Below, one piece after another: positions 14,279 to 28,065 of a stretch of DNA of 64,000 nt (its first letter is position 1; each line of letters starts with the position of its first letter). The stretch is from contig OX597820.1 in assembly GCA_951406725.2 (NCBI GenBank), positions 120,962,001-121,026,000 on the forward strand. Reading direction: 5' to 3'. This DNA comes from Octopus vulgaris (Eukaryota). The notes under the pieces were generated by a model. The model saw nothing but the letters and a program-made list of their open reading frames with translations, was not told the origin of the DNA and searched no databases. A program made the position numbers and the translations under genes.

Positions 14279-15117
14279 AATAATTCTTGAAGTTTAAGAT
14301 CTCTTGAGTTCAAATATGTTTTTCATTTTTGGAACGTTTATACTGGGCAACTCTCGAGTATTGTGAACATTGACAACGATTATTATCCATTCACCGGCTG
14401 TGTGTCGTTCAGCAGAGATGTAAGTCTAAATTATAAAACAACAACGTATTTGCAGATTTGGCAAAGAATTACACTAAATCCTTTAATGCATTTAATTTAA
14501 TCCCTCGGTTTTAAATCCCATACAAGAGTGGACATTGATTTTATCTGCAACAGAATTGGTCAAGGCAATAAGTAACAAACATTTGTTGCTGTCGATTTAA
14601 TAAACTGCAATATTTCCCGCTAGATGTGTGAACTTGACACGAAGAAGAAATCAATAAGAAAATAAATCATTGACAAATTTGTTTTCGATTGCTTATATAT
14701 GATTAATTGGTCAATTTCCAGCGTTCCCTTGTTTTCAATCTCCGATGAAAATAATTCTTCATAATCAAGGGAAATCATAATTCTTCGGTAAATTGAATTA
14801 AATTCCTAATAATTTCGATAACGGTCAATGGTCAACGAACCTATTCTTGAACCAGTAATTTATTCTAATTAGCGCTAATTTTTATAAACTGTCACATTAA
14901 CACTCTCTGAATTATTACATTCGTAGAGTGGCTCTAACAGTTGATATCGAAGTTATCATATAACTTGAAATCTTGGCCAATCGTAGATGACTGATTCCTT
15001 AATATAGCGGAATCTCTTCTTGAGTTGCTCATGTTTTGAGTTCTAATTCATTGAAACTATATTTCTGCCATATTTAAACAGCAAAGCTTTTTACGGCCCA
15101 GGTAAATTCCAACAGAA

Positions 15118-15262
15118 TTATAGCAAGTTATGTTCACTGAACAAACAAACAAACCTGGCAAGGCCACAGAGTCAGCTTGTTAAATGAAGAAATAAAAAAA
15201 TAAAGACTTAAGCAAACAGAAATAAATAAATAAATATTTACTAAATCATCTGTGTTATCTAC
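15118..15262. repeat. 145-bp direct repeat, copy 1 (copy 2 at 19399-19543)
   Basis: One mismatch between copies 4281 bp apart. Confidence 0.9.
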
Positions 15263-15800
15263 AGTTATTGAATCTGCTTCTTAACTACAGTATTTTTTTC
15301 TTTACGATGTCACGATGCTGGTATCATATACGATTATTTGCTAGAGAGATTTAAGGGGAAAATGCCCTGTATTTTTTGGCATCGGGCGCATACAAACAAG
15401 ACTAACTTATTGACTGTTTGTAATCTACTAACATATTATGTGCTGTTAAAAGATGTAAATGAACGAATTAGAATGTGCTTGTTGGGGGTCAGGTCTCGTA
15501 ACTCTATCGTGCTAATTTGAAATTTACTCTCTCCTTCTCCGTCTCTGCTTCTTTGAAATATTCTATGTTATCGAACACAGAAAGTACTCAGTCATTTATT
15601 TTGTTGTGGAATTATAAAGTTTGGAATTACAAAGGATAGCAACGACCGTTCTGTTAACTACATTCTGCTTTGTTCAAGTTGCCAAAGTAAATGAACTCAA
15701 ACGTCTGGCTAGTCAATACGCTAGTTTACCAATATAACCACTTTAGTTTGGTAAAGAAATTTCTTTAATTACTCAGTTAAATATTCGTGTGCTTATAATT

Positions 15801-16340
15801 TCTTGTACTCCAGGCACAAGGCCTGAAAGTTTTGGGGACAGGGCTAGTCAATTAGATCGAACCCAGGACGTAACTGGTACTAAATTTATCGACCCTGAAA
15901 GAGGGACAGACGAAATACCTATTTCTTTACTACCCAAAAGGGGCTAAACACAGAGAGGAGAAACAAGGACAGACAAACGGATTAAGTAGATTATATCGAC
16001 CCCAGTGCGTAACTGGTTCTTATTTAATCGACCCCGAAAGGATGAAAGGCAAAGTCGACCTCGGTGGAATTTGACCTCAGAACGTAACTGCAGACGAAAT
16101 ACCTATTTCTATTTCTTTACTACCCATATGGGTCTAAGCACAAAGAAGACAAACAAGGATAGACAAATGGATTAAATCGATTATATCGATCCCTGTGAGT
16201 ATCTGGTACTTAATTTCTCGACCCCGAAAGGATGAAAAGCAAAGTCGACCTCGGCGGAATTTGAACTCAGAACGTGACGGCAGACGAAATACAGCTATGC
16301 ATTTCGCCCGGTGTGCTAACGGGTCTGCCAGCTCGTCGCC
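15801..16340 (-). mobile_element. SINE family A, trimeric copy
   Basis: Three units as at 598-1197; 17-bp TSD TTCGT(G/A)TGCTTATAATT at 15784-15800 and 16341-16357. Confidence 0.9.
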
Positions 16341-16425
16341 TTCGTATGCTTATAATTATAGCTGCTGCTGTTTCACTCGATGTCTGGTTTGTTTGAACCA
16401 ACTCCTTTTGAAGCTTATATTTTAT

Positions 16426-16888
16426 GACAAACCAGTGTTCGACCTATGTACAGGAGGCACAAAATCAAATTTGCAATCGTCTTTTACTAACTACGTCCGT
16501 TTACAGATATTCCAACGCTAATTGTAGCTTGTTGAACAATTTCTTAACTACTCCCTGCTTATTGTCGACAATTTTCATAGGGAGACAAACGAAAATATGG
16601 ATGCATTCATATATTCAGGGCATCACACAGAGGTATCATGTGTTTATCTATTTTTATAGTTCTTAACGTTTTTTACTTCTGTAGTTGCTGCTTCTGCTAC
16701 TGCGGTTCCTGTTACCAATTCATTTTGGTTTCACCTCGGCTCCGAAAAATACTTATCTACCTCTTCGTGATCCTACTGTGTTGTTTTGCACGCTATTATG
16801 GATGCTGCTTCTTTTGTTGTTGTTGTTTTTTTATTGCTCTTGTTGTGGCTTTTGTGCCTCCTGTACATAGGTCGAACACTGGATTGTC
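16426..16888. repeat. 39-bp inverted repeat with 385-bp spacer
   Basis: 16426-16464 versus 16850-16888, 38/39 complementary. Confidence 0.9.
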
Positions 16889-17235
16889 TTGTTGTTGCGT
16901 TGGCAACAGTCGAGTTCTGACTTCTAGTACATTTTGCTGTGGACAGAAAATTCTTCGTTGAGTCACCTGGGAGAATGATTGGATTTGCGATAAAGCCAAT
17001 AGTTTCCTGTGCGAACTGCATCAGTAGCTCCTATGCCTGTCAAAGGTTTTGCATTCCGCTTCAATATTGAACGAAACAGCCACACCTCTACAGTAGATAT
17101 ACCATTTTGGTAGCTCATATATAGTTTTAGTTTTACCACAGATCGGACGAGGTAAATAGGTATGAAGACCAGATCCTTACTATTTAGTTTAGTTATGGAA
17201 TCGTTCCTAGCCTCCAGCTAGGAACGATTTTTGCG

Positions 17236-17480
17236 ATAGAGAATAGGAAGATGGACATAGTCTTAATTGAGAAAGAAAACAAACGATGCTGGATCATAGA
17301 TATAGCATAAATAGGGACTGCAATAAGGGTGGAGCACTTGCAGAAAACAGCACAGCTTGGGACTGCTCGAATACTCCGGAAGGTGCTCGAAAAGTAAGGG
17401 GTATTACCTTAGTTTACTGGTAGTGAACAGCTGACATTGTAGTACATCGCCAGCCTTAGAAGGTGTGCAAAGGCGATAAT
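17236..17480 (+). pseudogene. RLE-LINE (R4/Dong-like) 3' fragment, internally deleted
   Basis: IENRKMDIVLIEKENKRCWIIDIA joined to LQKTAQLGTARILRKVLEK*, then 3' UTR and AAT repeats. Confidence 0.8.
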
Positions 17481-17772
17481 AATGAAAATTTTCTGAGGAT
17501 AATTCTTAGATTACCATCAATGAAAGAAGTGAAGAATATTGTATTTACTCGTAGGTCACAAGTATTAAAAAAAGCATCGTAGCAGTGAATCTTCTTTCCT
17601 TCTTTATTTTCTTTGTTTTCTTGTTATCTTGTTTTTGCTTCTTTTCTCTGCCTTTCTTTCCTTTTTTCTTTTACATGACTTTGTAAATGAACAATTTGGT
17701 CTGTTTATTTTAATGGCCTACCAATGTATAGGGAAGATATCGGCAAGAAATAGAAACAAAATTGTGAGATGA

Positions 17773-18291
<519 letters not shown>

Positions 18292-18927
18292 AGTTATGTG
18301 AATTATTATCATCATTATTATTAATAATATTTCACTTATTAATTTTATTATTATTAAAACGGTAGCTATTTGAAATTATAATCATTATAAAGGAAATAGC
18401 ATTAAAAGTTATAATTATTGAGAAAAAGTAGTAGTAGTAGTAGTAGTAGTAGTGAAATTGCTGTTGATTTTTTCTTTTTTTACATTTTTTTACTCTTCTC
18501 CTCTTCTAAATCAAGCGAAAGAAGAACCGATCTACGCCAATTAGTCTGAAATTTCAGTGCAGCTGGGTGAATAATCTCCCTTAATCCCTTCTCCATGCAG
18601 TTGTAGGTTTTGATGGGGGAAGGAGAGAGTTTAGAAAGTGTCAGTGTCATAGAAACAGAGGAAATTGGGGGGAAAAGGGAGAGAGACAGAGACAGAGAAA
18701 ATGTGTGTTTAAGAGACAGAGAGAGGGGGAAGGGAGGGAGAGAGAGACGTGGGGTGAGACAAGGGCGGGAAACGAAGGTGGGGAAATGGGAGGAAGGGAA
18801 TAGGACAAGAAACCTCTCGATGGATTTTGTAGATTATTAGAAAAACAAGGAAATATACAAATACAGACGTTGATATATGTGTGTGAATTTGTGTTTGTAC
18901 AGTCGGACAACACGTACACACGCAGCA

Positions 18928-18972
<45 letters not shown>

Positions 18973-19143
18973 GTATATATTTATATATCTATCTGTGGGT
19001 ATATAAATATATTTGTATATATTTACATAGGTATATATATATATATATATGCATTCGTATATATATATATATATATATATATAATACGTATATATTTATG
19101 TACATATGTATTTATGTATATGTATATATATATACATATATAC

Positions 19144-19195
<52 letters not shown>

Positions 19196-19398
19196 TATTA
19201 TATATTGCAGATGCTTATTCACTCCCATACACAAATATATATTGAAGCAGAGATGCACTCATACTTATCCATACGTTGTTGTGTGTATAGTTGTTCCTGT
19301 GAGTATGTGTGTGTAATTTTCTCTCGGTCTGTCGTGTGTTGGTCGGCTTATATTTATTTGCATAGGAGATGGGTGTCTGAGAGTAAACAGTCCACAGT

Positions 19399-19543
19399 TT
19401 ATAGCAAGTTATGTTCACTGAACAAACAAACAAACCTGGCAAGGCCACAGAGTCAGCTTGTTAAATGAAGAAATCAAAAAATAAAGACTTAAGCAAACAG
19501 AAATAAATAAATAAATATTTACTAAATCATCTGTGTTATCTAC
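19399..19543. repeat. 145-bp direct repeat, copy 2
   Basis: Matches 15118-15262. Confidence 0.9.
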
Positions 19544-20039
19544 TGTGAATTTAGGAAGTTCAAAAAAAAAACCAACAAAAAAAAGAGAGAGATTGGTAGA
19601 GATAATCTTCCCTTCCCATTTCACCATGACTCATGGATCTAACACATACACAGAAGCGTTGATAAAAACATGCGCAAATCGAAGATTTAAGAAACATTTG
19701 GATGGAGCTCAACTGATAATATTTACCATCTAAGGCGACGTGTGGGCAGAAGCGTTAAGACATGAGGCAAATGTTTAGCACCATTTCGTCCGTCTTAAAG
19801 ATTTGAGCTCAACTGCCGTTCATTCTTTCGCAGTCGAGAAAAGAAGTACCAGTTGATTCTTAGGTTCAATATGATCGACTTAAACCTTCCACTGAAATTG
19901 CTGTGTTTGTGCCAAAGTTTTAAATCAATATTTACATTATGATATATGCATATATATAATACATACATATATGCATGTGAATAGGTGTGTGTGCGTGCGT
20001 ACGTGTGTGTATGCATATATGTATATTTATCTAGACATG

Positions 20040-20077
<38 letters not shown>

Positions 20078-20081
20078 CATG

Positions 20082-20283
20082 TATAGGGGGAGAATTCCTG
20101 AAAAAAAAAAAAGACGAAGACAGGTGGTGTAGAGAACAAACAGATAATTAGTATAACGCTCGGGAATTGAAAAAGTCTTTAACGTTTCGAGCCTACGCTC
20201 TTCAACAGAAAGGAACACAGAAAGAAACAAGGAGAGAAAAAAAGAGAGAAAAAGATTTGTGTAGTGGCTACCGATCTATCATG
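20082..20283 (-). repeat. Inverted-repeat arm (partner 22454-22643) with hammerhead-like relic
   Basis: Minus strand TTGAAGAGcgtaggCTCGAAACGTT; homologous to 22454-22643 in the opposite orientation. Confidence 0.75.
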
Positions 20284-20289
20284 AAGACT

Positions 20290-21560
20290 CCTATATCCAC
20301 CCCATGCAGGTCTCTCAGGTGCTACGGGGGGATATTGAAGAGCTGTGGTTCCTTAAAGCCGAAGCTGATGCAGTATCTTGTCCTATATCTCGATGACAAA
20401 TTTGGAGTCCTTGTCACTATGCAGTGGCATCCTGTACTAGTATGAGTATAACTCTCGATGCCAAAGTTTGGAACAAGTCCCTCCAGGATATTCCAGATAT
20501 ATATTATGGCATATCTTTCTCGCCTACGCTCTAAGGAACATAGTCTTAGGATCCTTTCGGTTTCAACGGCAGTTTTTAACATAATTTCTAGGTAAGTAAA
20601 ACATTTTAAACTTCGTATACTGGTAGAATGTGTTTATAAAACATCTTTTTCACTTGGCTTTATTAAGAAATTTCTATAGTTTGTAAGATATTCTTTGTTG
20701 TTTTTCTTCAATTTCTGCAATTTCAACCAATCAGTGACGTCTATTGAGGTAAAAAACATTCTGTGCCGTATGAATATGTCCCTCGTTTAAGAAACAGATT
20801 GGGTTTATTTACATTTGTGAAGAAAAAAGATACCCTTTCCGCCATACCTAACCCTAACCCTAACCCTAAAAAAATTGAAATGCAATAGATCGATACTAGG
20901 GTCATAATTATGGGTGAGAATTTCATATGACACCGCTAGAAAAAAACTGCCGATCAAACCGAAAAGATCCGAGTCTTAATCTCTTGAGTCTTTCCCAATG
21001 GCTTATATACTGCATAAAGTCTATCTTCGTGTAGCTTCGCTGGACTGCCTGAAGTTCTGCAATAAATTTTACACTTGTTAGTGACCATAGCGGAGAGCAA
21101 TAGTCAAAGTGGCTTAGGACATGTGTTTTCCTGTTTTCCAGAGGATCGTGGTTCCCGATCTCTTGTTCTAAATGTTCTAAAAATCCATCCGCTCAGCCGC
21201 CTGCATTTTATTGCCAACTCAGCAACATGCTCATGGAAGGAAGCATAATTATTCATGTAATGCTCAGGTCCCGCACTGACTGTGCCTCTGGGATTGCAGT
21301 CCCTCCAGGTCCAATGCATGTAATGGGTAGTGCATTTAGTTTTGCATGCTGATAGCACAAGGCTTGAAACTTTTCAGCATTAAACTGCATGATTATTTTT
21401 CTCAGCCCACTTGTATTTTTCATCCAACACACAGTACAATTGCATAGTGTATTCAGAGTTCTGCATTACCTGTGAAACTTTTGCATCATCTGCACAACTT
21501 ATGATTATGGCTCTCTATGTGGCTGAGGGCATGTCTGAAAGGGCCATTATGAACACTGTT
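20290..21560 (-). mobile_element. CR1-group LINE 3' fragment interrupted by a MITE
   Basis: LRLCSLERRRERYAIIYIWNILEGLVPNFGI, KCRRLSGWIFRTFRTRD; same family as 7880-10314. Confidence 0.88.
20549..20970. mobile_element. MITE copy 2
   Basis: TIRs; TSD TAGTCTTA/GAGTCTTA; (CCCTAA)n at about 20846-20868. Confidence 0.92.
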
Positions 21561-21718
21561 CACTATTTGCGAACGACTTATATGCACATGGCATGCAAAC
21601 CATGAGCGGGTAAACCCGAACAATACATCCGTAAGAACAAATTCAAATATGAATTATAAACAGCAGTTAGTGTAATAAACATTATCAAGTACGTATACGT
21701 AACATATACATTTCGTGT

Positions 21719-22092
21719 GTGGAGGCGCCATGGTGCAGTGGATAGGGTAGCGGACTCGTAGTCATACGAACGCGGTTTCGATTCCCAGATCGGGTGTTGT
21801 GAGTTTTTATTGAGCGAAAGTACCTAAAGATCCACGATGCCTCGGCAGTGGGGGTGCAGCCCTGCTGTACTCTTTCAACGCAAATTTCTCTCACACTTTC
21901 TTCTTGTTTCTGTTGTACCTGTATTTCAAAGTGCCAGCCGTGTGGCACACTGTGTCACGCTGAATCTACCCCGGGAACTACGTTAAGGGTACACGTGTCT
22001 GTGGAGTGCTCAGCCACTTGAACGTTAATTTCATTGGACGTTAATTTCAACTAGAACCATCATCGTCATATTCGACGGAGGGAGGGTCACGC
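21719..22092 (+). mobile_element. SINE family C (tail variant 3)
   Basis: GTGGAGGCGCCATGGTGCAGTGG...GGTTTCGATTCCC; colinear with 47652-48055; possible TSD TTCGTGT. Confidence 0.85.
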
Positions 22093-22395
22093 TTCGTGTA
22101 TTTGTCGGTAATCTGTCCCTGGCGTAGTAGAGAATGCCCACACACAAACACCTATATTAAAAACACCTCAGACTCATCGAAGGTGACTAGCCACAATAAT
22201 GATGAAACATCGATGTCCATCACTCATTGATTGGATAGACAGATGAATTATCCCACCTGTACATGACTCTCGGGTGTTTTCAGTGAGTATTCTCCGACAC
22301 ACCTGCAGCAGACTACGAGCAAACACCAGTAGCATTTGTGTTATGTAAATGTGATCGTTAAACTTTATTACATTACCAGTGCTTTCATTTCATAT

Positions 22396-22451
<56 letters not shown>

Positions 22452-22453
22452 GC

Positions 22454-22639
22454 CATGATAGATCGTTAGCTACTACACACAGTTTTTTTCTCTCCTGGTT
22501 TTTCCTGTGTCCCTTTCTGTAGAGGAGTTTAGGCTCGAAACGTAAAAGACTTTTTTCTATTCCTGAGCGTTATACTAATACATCTGTTTGTTTTGTACAC
22601 CACCTGTCTTCATCTCTTGTTTTTTTCGTAAACTCTCCC

Positions 22640-22643
<4 letters not shown>
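22454..22643 (+). repeat. Inverted-repeat arm (partner 20082-20283)
   Basis: CATGATAGATCG...AGGCTCGAAACGTAAAAGAC...CTCTCCCTATA; flanked by (TA)n. Confidence 0.75.
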
Positions 22644-22670
<27 letters not shown>

Positions 22671-22671
<1 letters not shown>

Positions 22672-22801
22672 TCAGCCGAAATTGCGAAGATGATCCGGTT
22701 CTTGACTAATGATTGAGAGCTTCGAATGTCCCGTCCGTGTTTTTTGTGTCGTCTTCTGAATATTTTACGTTCTTGTCCCAGTTTGTATATTTTTTTACTT
22801 T

Positions 22802-22804
<3 letters not shown>
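22671..22804 (+). repeat. Diverged partial copy of the 245-bp repeat family (58479)
   Basis: ATCAGCCGAAATTGCGAAGATGATCCGGTTCTTGACT...GCTTCGAATGTCCCGTCC; embedded in (TA)n. Confidence 0.8.
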
Positions 22805-22861
<57 letters not shown>

Positions 22862-23039
22862 TATGAAGTGTGGGTGCTTGTTTCTGTGACCTAAATTATA
22901 GATGTGTGTGTAACTGTATGCGTTGCATCAAATGGATGTGTGTACTATTAAGCTTGTTGGTGAATACGGTGCTGAATATTTTTTCAGCAGATGCAATGTC
23001 GGTATGTAAATTACATGGAGTGTGGAAAAGTGAACAGTA

Positions 23040-23640
23040 GGACATTGTCCAAGCGTTAATGTTAAGTGGAAAAAAGTGGGTGAAATCTTGCAGAAAAACA
23101 TAAATTCTTACTCCGGATGGAGACGGTAGACCGTGTGCCCTTATGGAAAGCCAGTCCGGGCACAGCTAGATCTTGAAGTAAACGAGTAGCCGAGTGGAAG
23201 TGGTGCGAAACGCGGGCAGCTTTTCCGAGTTTTATGTCCTCAAGAGTTCTGCAATTTGTCCTATGTAAGAGGAGAGGCAAAAAAGCCAGATGATGCAGTA
23301 AAGGATTTTACTGGAAGTTCATGTGATGACATGGATGACATGGAAAAAGCAGTGTTGTCTACTAGTGACGACAGCAGTGTTAGAGTTGTGGGGACAGGTA
23401 CAGAAGCGACGGCGAGAGCAAGGAGAGGAACCACAGTGAGTGCTGGAAAGTGAGGAAGATGCTTAGCCCCACTAATTTACACTAGTTGTAGACGCGTTTG
23501 AAGGCAGAGAAGGGTGGTTTGAGGAATAAGTGTAAGGTTGGTGAGTGAGATTAAGATATGCAAAAGGCATGCAATTTAGCGCTTTTGAAGGTTAATGTGG
23601 GTGGATGGTAGGAAAGGGTTGGGCGAACCAGGAGAGAGAC
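23040..23640 (-). pseudogene. Penelope-like (Neptune-type) GIY-YIG endonuclease remnant
   Basis: LSYHPP, PPFSAFKR, RRRFCTCP, IT*TSSKILYCIIWLFCLSSYIGQ, VSHHFHS. Confidence 0.75.
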
Positions 23641-24919
23641 AATTGATGCGTTGTCAATACACACACACACGTGACTGTATGGAGAGAGAGGGAGAAAGAG
23701 AGAAAGAGACAGTGTGAGAGAGAAAGAGAAAGTCAGGCAGACAGAAACAGAGAGTGAGAAACGGACAATTGCCACGGGAAGAACATAGAATTTAAGACTT
23801 CTAGAGGATTTATTTTTCCAGGCAAATTCGAAATTATCTAAATTGCACAAATTAGAACGGGATATAAAATATCTGTAACAGAAATGGATTTTAACAACTT
23901 GAACTTTTCTTATGCTGCATCGACTTCATTACAAAACCTAGATTAAACAGTAACAATTTCAAAGCTATCAAGTTTAATACAAATGTTGCATATTGTCGCC
24001 ACCAAGGATAGCAAGGGTTAGTCCTGATGATTGTTATTACTTTCAATGTATTTCTAATTTTCAAGCTTAGAAAATATTTGGCCGAATAGATTTGTTTATA
24101 ACATCGTTCTTTTCATAGTATTTGCCTGGGTAGTGTTACAGAATGTGTATATTTGTAAATAGTATTTGATATACATTTCTATAAAACGCTTAGTTTTCTT
24201 TAGTACAGATATTTAAGACGAAATTTCTGTCGATAACTAAATTTTCGTCAATTTTAATAGCAATACTTTTTCTTTACTGAATACAAAAAGAAAACAAAAC
24301 AACATTATGTAGTCATATGACTTCTGTAGTTCTATATGCAATTGTGGGAACTATTCCATTTCAAAATGAATAGATTTTTTTGAAATCTATTTTTAAATCG
24401 GTAGCTAGACATGAAATCTGAAAATTTGTGACAAAATATTAACATGACTATACGCGTTATTTTTTATTTATTTATTTGTAATACATAAAGAGAGGAAATA
24501 GATTTTATAGATGAAAAAATATTTTAAAAACTATCTGATATTAAAAGATGTCAGAGAATAGTCTGATGCATAAGTCGCAGACATTGTAATGCATAATTTT
24601 ATTTTATTACTTCATGAAAAGATGGTTGTGTGATTACGACATTCGTTTTAACAATAGGCTCTTTCATTTATTGGAGGAGAATAGATGTGACGGCATATGG
24701 TGAGATATGTATGTATGTATATGCACACGCGCACACACACATATCTATGTATAAGCACATTTATATGTATGCGTGTTTAATTATATATATTTATATATAT
24801 ATATATATGTATGTATGAATATGTATATATGTGTATTTACATGAGTGTGTATATATATACATATATGTATATGTCTATATATATATATGTATATATATGT
24901 ATGTATATATATATATGTA

Positions 24920-24960
<41 letters not shown>

Positions 24961-25196
24961 TCAAAAATATAAATTAATAATTTTAATTTTAAATTTAAAT
25001 AATTTATATTTTTAAATTTTATATTTTTTATATTTTGTATATTATATTAATTATTTTTATGTTTATGTTTTGGTTTATGTTTTTCACTGTTTGATTTTCC
25101 TAATAGTGGTTTTATCTCTAATTTAATTTATATTTATACTGTGAAATTAGATTTAATCCTAAATCTAGTTTTTCCCTCTAAGTTTGGATTTAGTCC

Positions 25197-25257
<61 letters not shown>

Positions 25258-25263
25258 GTATGT

Positions 25264-25304
<41 letters not shown>

Positions 25305-25339
25305 TATACACACACACACATATATATATATATATACTA

Positions 25340-25560
25340 TTGTGTCTGGGGAGAGTCATTTTCTTTTTGCGCCTTATTATGTAACACACTCAGCGGTAAA
25401 ATTTCCACGTTTTTCTTATTTTTATTGTCCTAAAATTTTTGTTGCGTCTTGCAACATTTTCAATAATGAAAAACTATTGAAAAGTTTGCAAGACGCAACG
25501 AAAATTTTAATTTTAAGACAATGAAAATAAGAAAAACGTGGAAATTTTACCGGTGAGTGT
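25340..25560. repeat. Family F fold-back copy (~175-bp palindrome at 25386-25560)
   Basis: ACACTCAGCGGTAAAATTTCCACG...TTTTCAATA / TATTGAAAAG...CGTGGAAATTTTACCGGTGAGTGT. Confidence 0.85.
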
Positions 25561-25699
25561 AAGTGTACTAAATTATACTCCAGTAATGTATTCCTTGGAG
25601 AAGTTAATATTAAAAGAGGAATTTTTTAAGATGACTCGTACATTTACTTTTTGTAAATGCACTAATACCCGTAACAATGACACTTTGGAAGGTTTCGAT

Positions 25700-26056
25700 G
25701 GGTTACCAATGTGGGAAATCTGAAAAACAGAGAGATGCTATAACCAAAACAGTCCAAAAGTGTAGTAGGGATATCAGTATGAAATTTAGGATTACCAAAT
25801 GCTCAGTACTTAATATGAAAAGAAGGGAGAAAGCAGAACCACGTCTCAGAGAAATCCAAATGAGTGGACTAAGAAGTACTGCTCACATCATTAGAAAAAC
25901 CCTAACATTTTAAATGTCCGTGTTGTATTACAGGAAGATAATCCACTACCTCTCTTCCCAAGATTTCAGTCATGCTATAACATCACTTATCTCACACTCT
26001 CCCCAGCAAGCTGGGTGTCTTTTTGCAAGTGACTGTAACAAACATGCAGACTAAAT

Positions 26057-26057
<1 letters not shown>
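25700..26057 (+). pseudogene. Internally deleted R4/Dong-type LINE 3' end before (AAT)n
   Basis: TVQKCSRDISMKFRITKC (compare IVKQFSDDIRMQFGLDKC) fused to TAHIIRKTLTF*. Confidence 0.75.
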
Positions 26058-26089
<32 letters not shown>

Positions 26090-26199
26090 TTAATAATAAT
26101 AATAATAGTAATAATAATAATAATAGTAATAATAGTAATAATAATAATAATAATAATCATAATCATAATAATAATAATAATAATAATAATGATGATAAA

Positions 26200-26283
<84 letters not shown>

Positions 26284-26287
<4 letters not shown>

Positions 26288-26841
26288 GCCATGATGCAGT
26301 ACCAGGCAGTGGCTCTCATGGCTTCTGATCTTAACTGATTGGAAGTGTTATCATGTACATTGTTTTGTCTTGGTATAAAAGATGGTCTACAGCAAATATT
26401 CTGCTCAATACCACAGATTTGCTTGTCAGTTGTTTGACCTTAACCAGTTGAACATGTCCCTTAGTGGCTGACGATATGTGCATCTCTGATCACGAGCAGA
26501 AGTAGTGGGGGAGCATCATAGCCATGTGTTTAGAGGGATTCTTTGGGGTTTGAATAGTTCACCTCTGGAAACATGGGTGGTCCTTTCAACATCCTTAAAC
26601 AACCCTTATTCAGGGACCGTTTGAGCGGGATGGGCTACTCAACCTGAAGAAAATTCTAACTGGGCCCCACCTGCAAGGTCATGTGCTGTTTATCTTGATA
26701 TGAGATCACCATGTCGCGCACATATGGTTGTGATGCATGTGCCTGGTGTACCTTTATCAGACGGGTAGTCATGATGGGTATATTGGGCTTCGTATATTTT
26801 ACCCCAGTGTCACTTTGATGGCATGCACTGCTCTCTCACTC
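26284..26841 (+). mobile_element. Non-coding ~560-bp element (family E) inserted in (AAT)n
   Basis: Near-identical to 51035-51576; partial copies at 49321 and 63751; always flanked by AAT repeats. Confidence 0.85.
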
Positions 26842-26890
26842 AATAATCATAATAATAATAATAATAATAATCATAGTCATAATAATAATA

Positions 26891-26921
<31 letters not shown>

Positions 26922-27009
26922 CGATGATGATGATGATGATACTTATTTCATTATTATTGATGTTGTTCCTATTGTTTTTCTAGTTCCTGTCGTTGTTAAA
27001 TGTTTGGCT

Positions 27010-27130
27010 GTTGTACAAGTTGGCTCCAAGTCTCACCCAGAGACCTCAAGAGACAACAAGTTAGAATTTCAAGTCGCTATTATGACTAGGCCGACATATT
27101 TTTTGGTTTTGCGCAGAGTAATGTTTTAGA
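27010..27130 (-). mobile_element. 3' UTR fragment of the R4/Dong LINE at 61781
   Basis: GTACAAGTTGGCTCCAAGTCTCACCCAGAGACCTCAAGAGACAACA is shared with about 61807-61852. Confidence 0.85.
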
Positions 27131-27884
27131 GAGTGTTTCATTATGAGAGAAGAATTAAGTAGATTAATACACCGGATAAAATCATCTATGGTACGAGACT
27201 TACACAAGACACAGAAATACGTAAAACTTATGAACCAATTATCAAGAGTGTGGAATATTACGGACGCGTTAAATTAGTCTTCAAAACAATGCAAAGTGAA
27301 AATATGAAAATAAAATTGGCGTCACTAACATAGTTGTCTCGGGTAAAAAACATTGATACAATATGTTCAACTAGACGGTGAACGAATAACAAACTCCAGA
27401 CATTTAAACAACTAAATAATAGTGGTATTAAAAAACAGCGGCATTAAAAATTCGATACAGAAAGATTATATTTATGTGGAAATAAGGAGATAGGGTCCCT
27501 ATTTAAATCTAAGGTAAGATTTGGATGAAGAATCCCATGATAAAAAATAATGACTCGAAAAATCTACCGAAATAGAAGAAAATTTATATCGCACAGAATC
27601 TTGAATAATTAATACTTTCTAATAAAGGCAGATGACGCCAAATTTTAGGGGAGGTGGCCAATCGATTTGATCGCCCCCAATGTTCAACTGGTATATATAT
27701 CGTAGATCCCGAAAGGAATGAAATGCAAACTTGACCTCGGCTGAGCGTATGTTTTAATCAATTTAATAGAACTACTTTAATGCATCTACTATCCCTCTCT
27801 GTCTATTGCTAACGTTAAGGATCCTCGGTTCCCTCAACTTAAACGCAGCCCCTTAATTGATATGAAACAAAATATATTTATTAT

Positions 27885-28065
27885 TTATTTGGTTTTTGAA
27901 TTTGGTTTGAAAGATTCTTTATATGAGTTCGTGTGTTGAAGCATATTCTGTTGAGACTGCGGAATGTAATTTTCTTTTTGTTCGTTATAATATAACACAC
28001 TCACCGGTAAAATTTCCACTTATTTCTTATTTTTATTTTCCTAAAATTTTCTTTGCGTCTTGCAA
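27885..28065 (+). repeat. Family F copy (another at 33170-33358)
   Basis: AAGATTCTTTATATGAGTTCGTGTGTT...CACCGGTAAAATTTCCAC...TTGCGTCTTGCAA. Confidence 0.8.

Noticed and set aside
12620-15100. Possible BEL/Pao remnant on the minus strand (IIYDGA, DWPRF)
   Set aside because: Motifs are too short and degraded to support a call
21719-21795. tRNA-like sequences at SINE heads
   Set aside because: They continue into SINE bodies with TSDs and are not tRNA genes
26620-26735. HDV-like ribozyme in family E
   Set aside because: Could not build P3/P1.1/P2 consistently by eye
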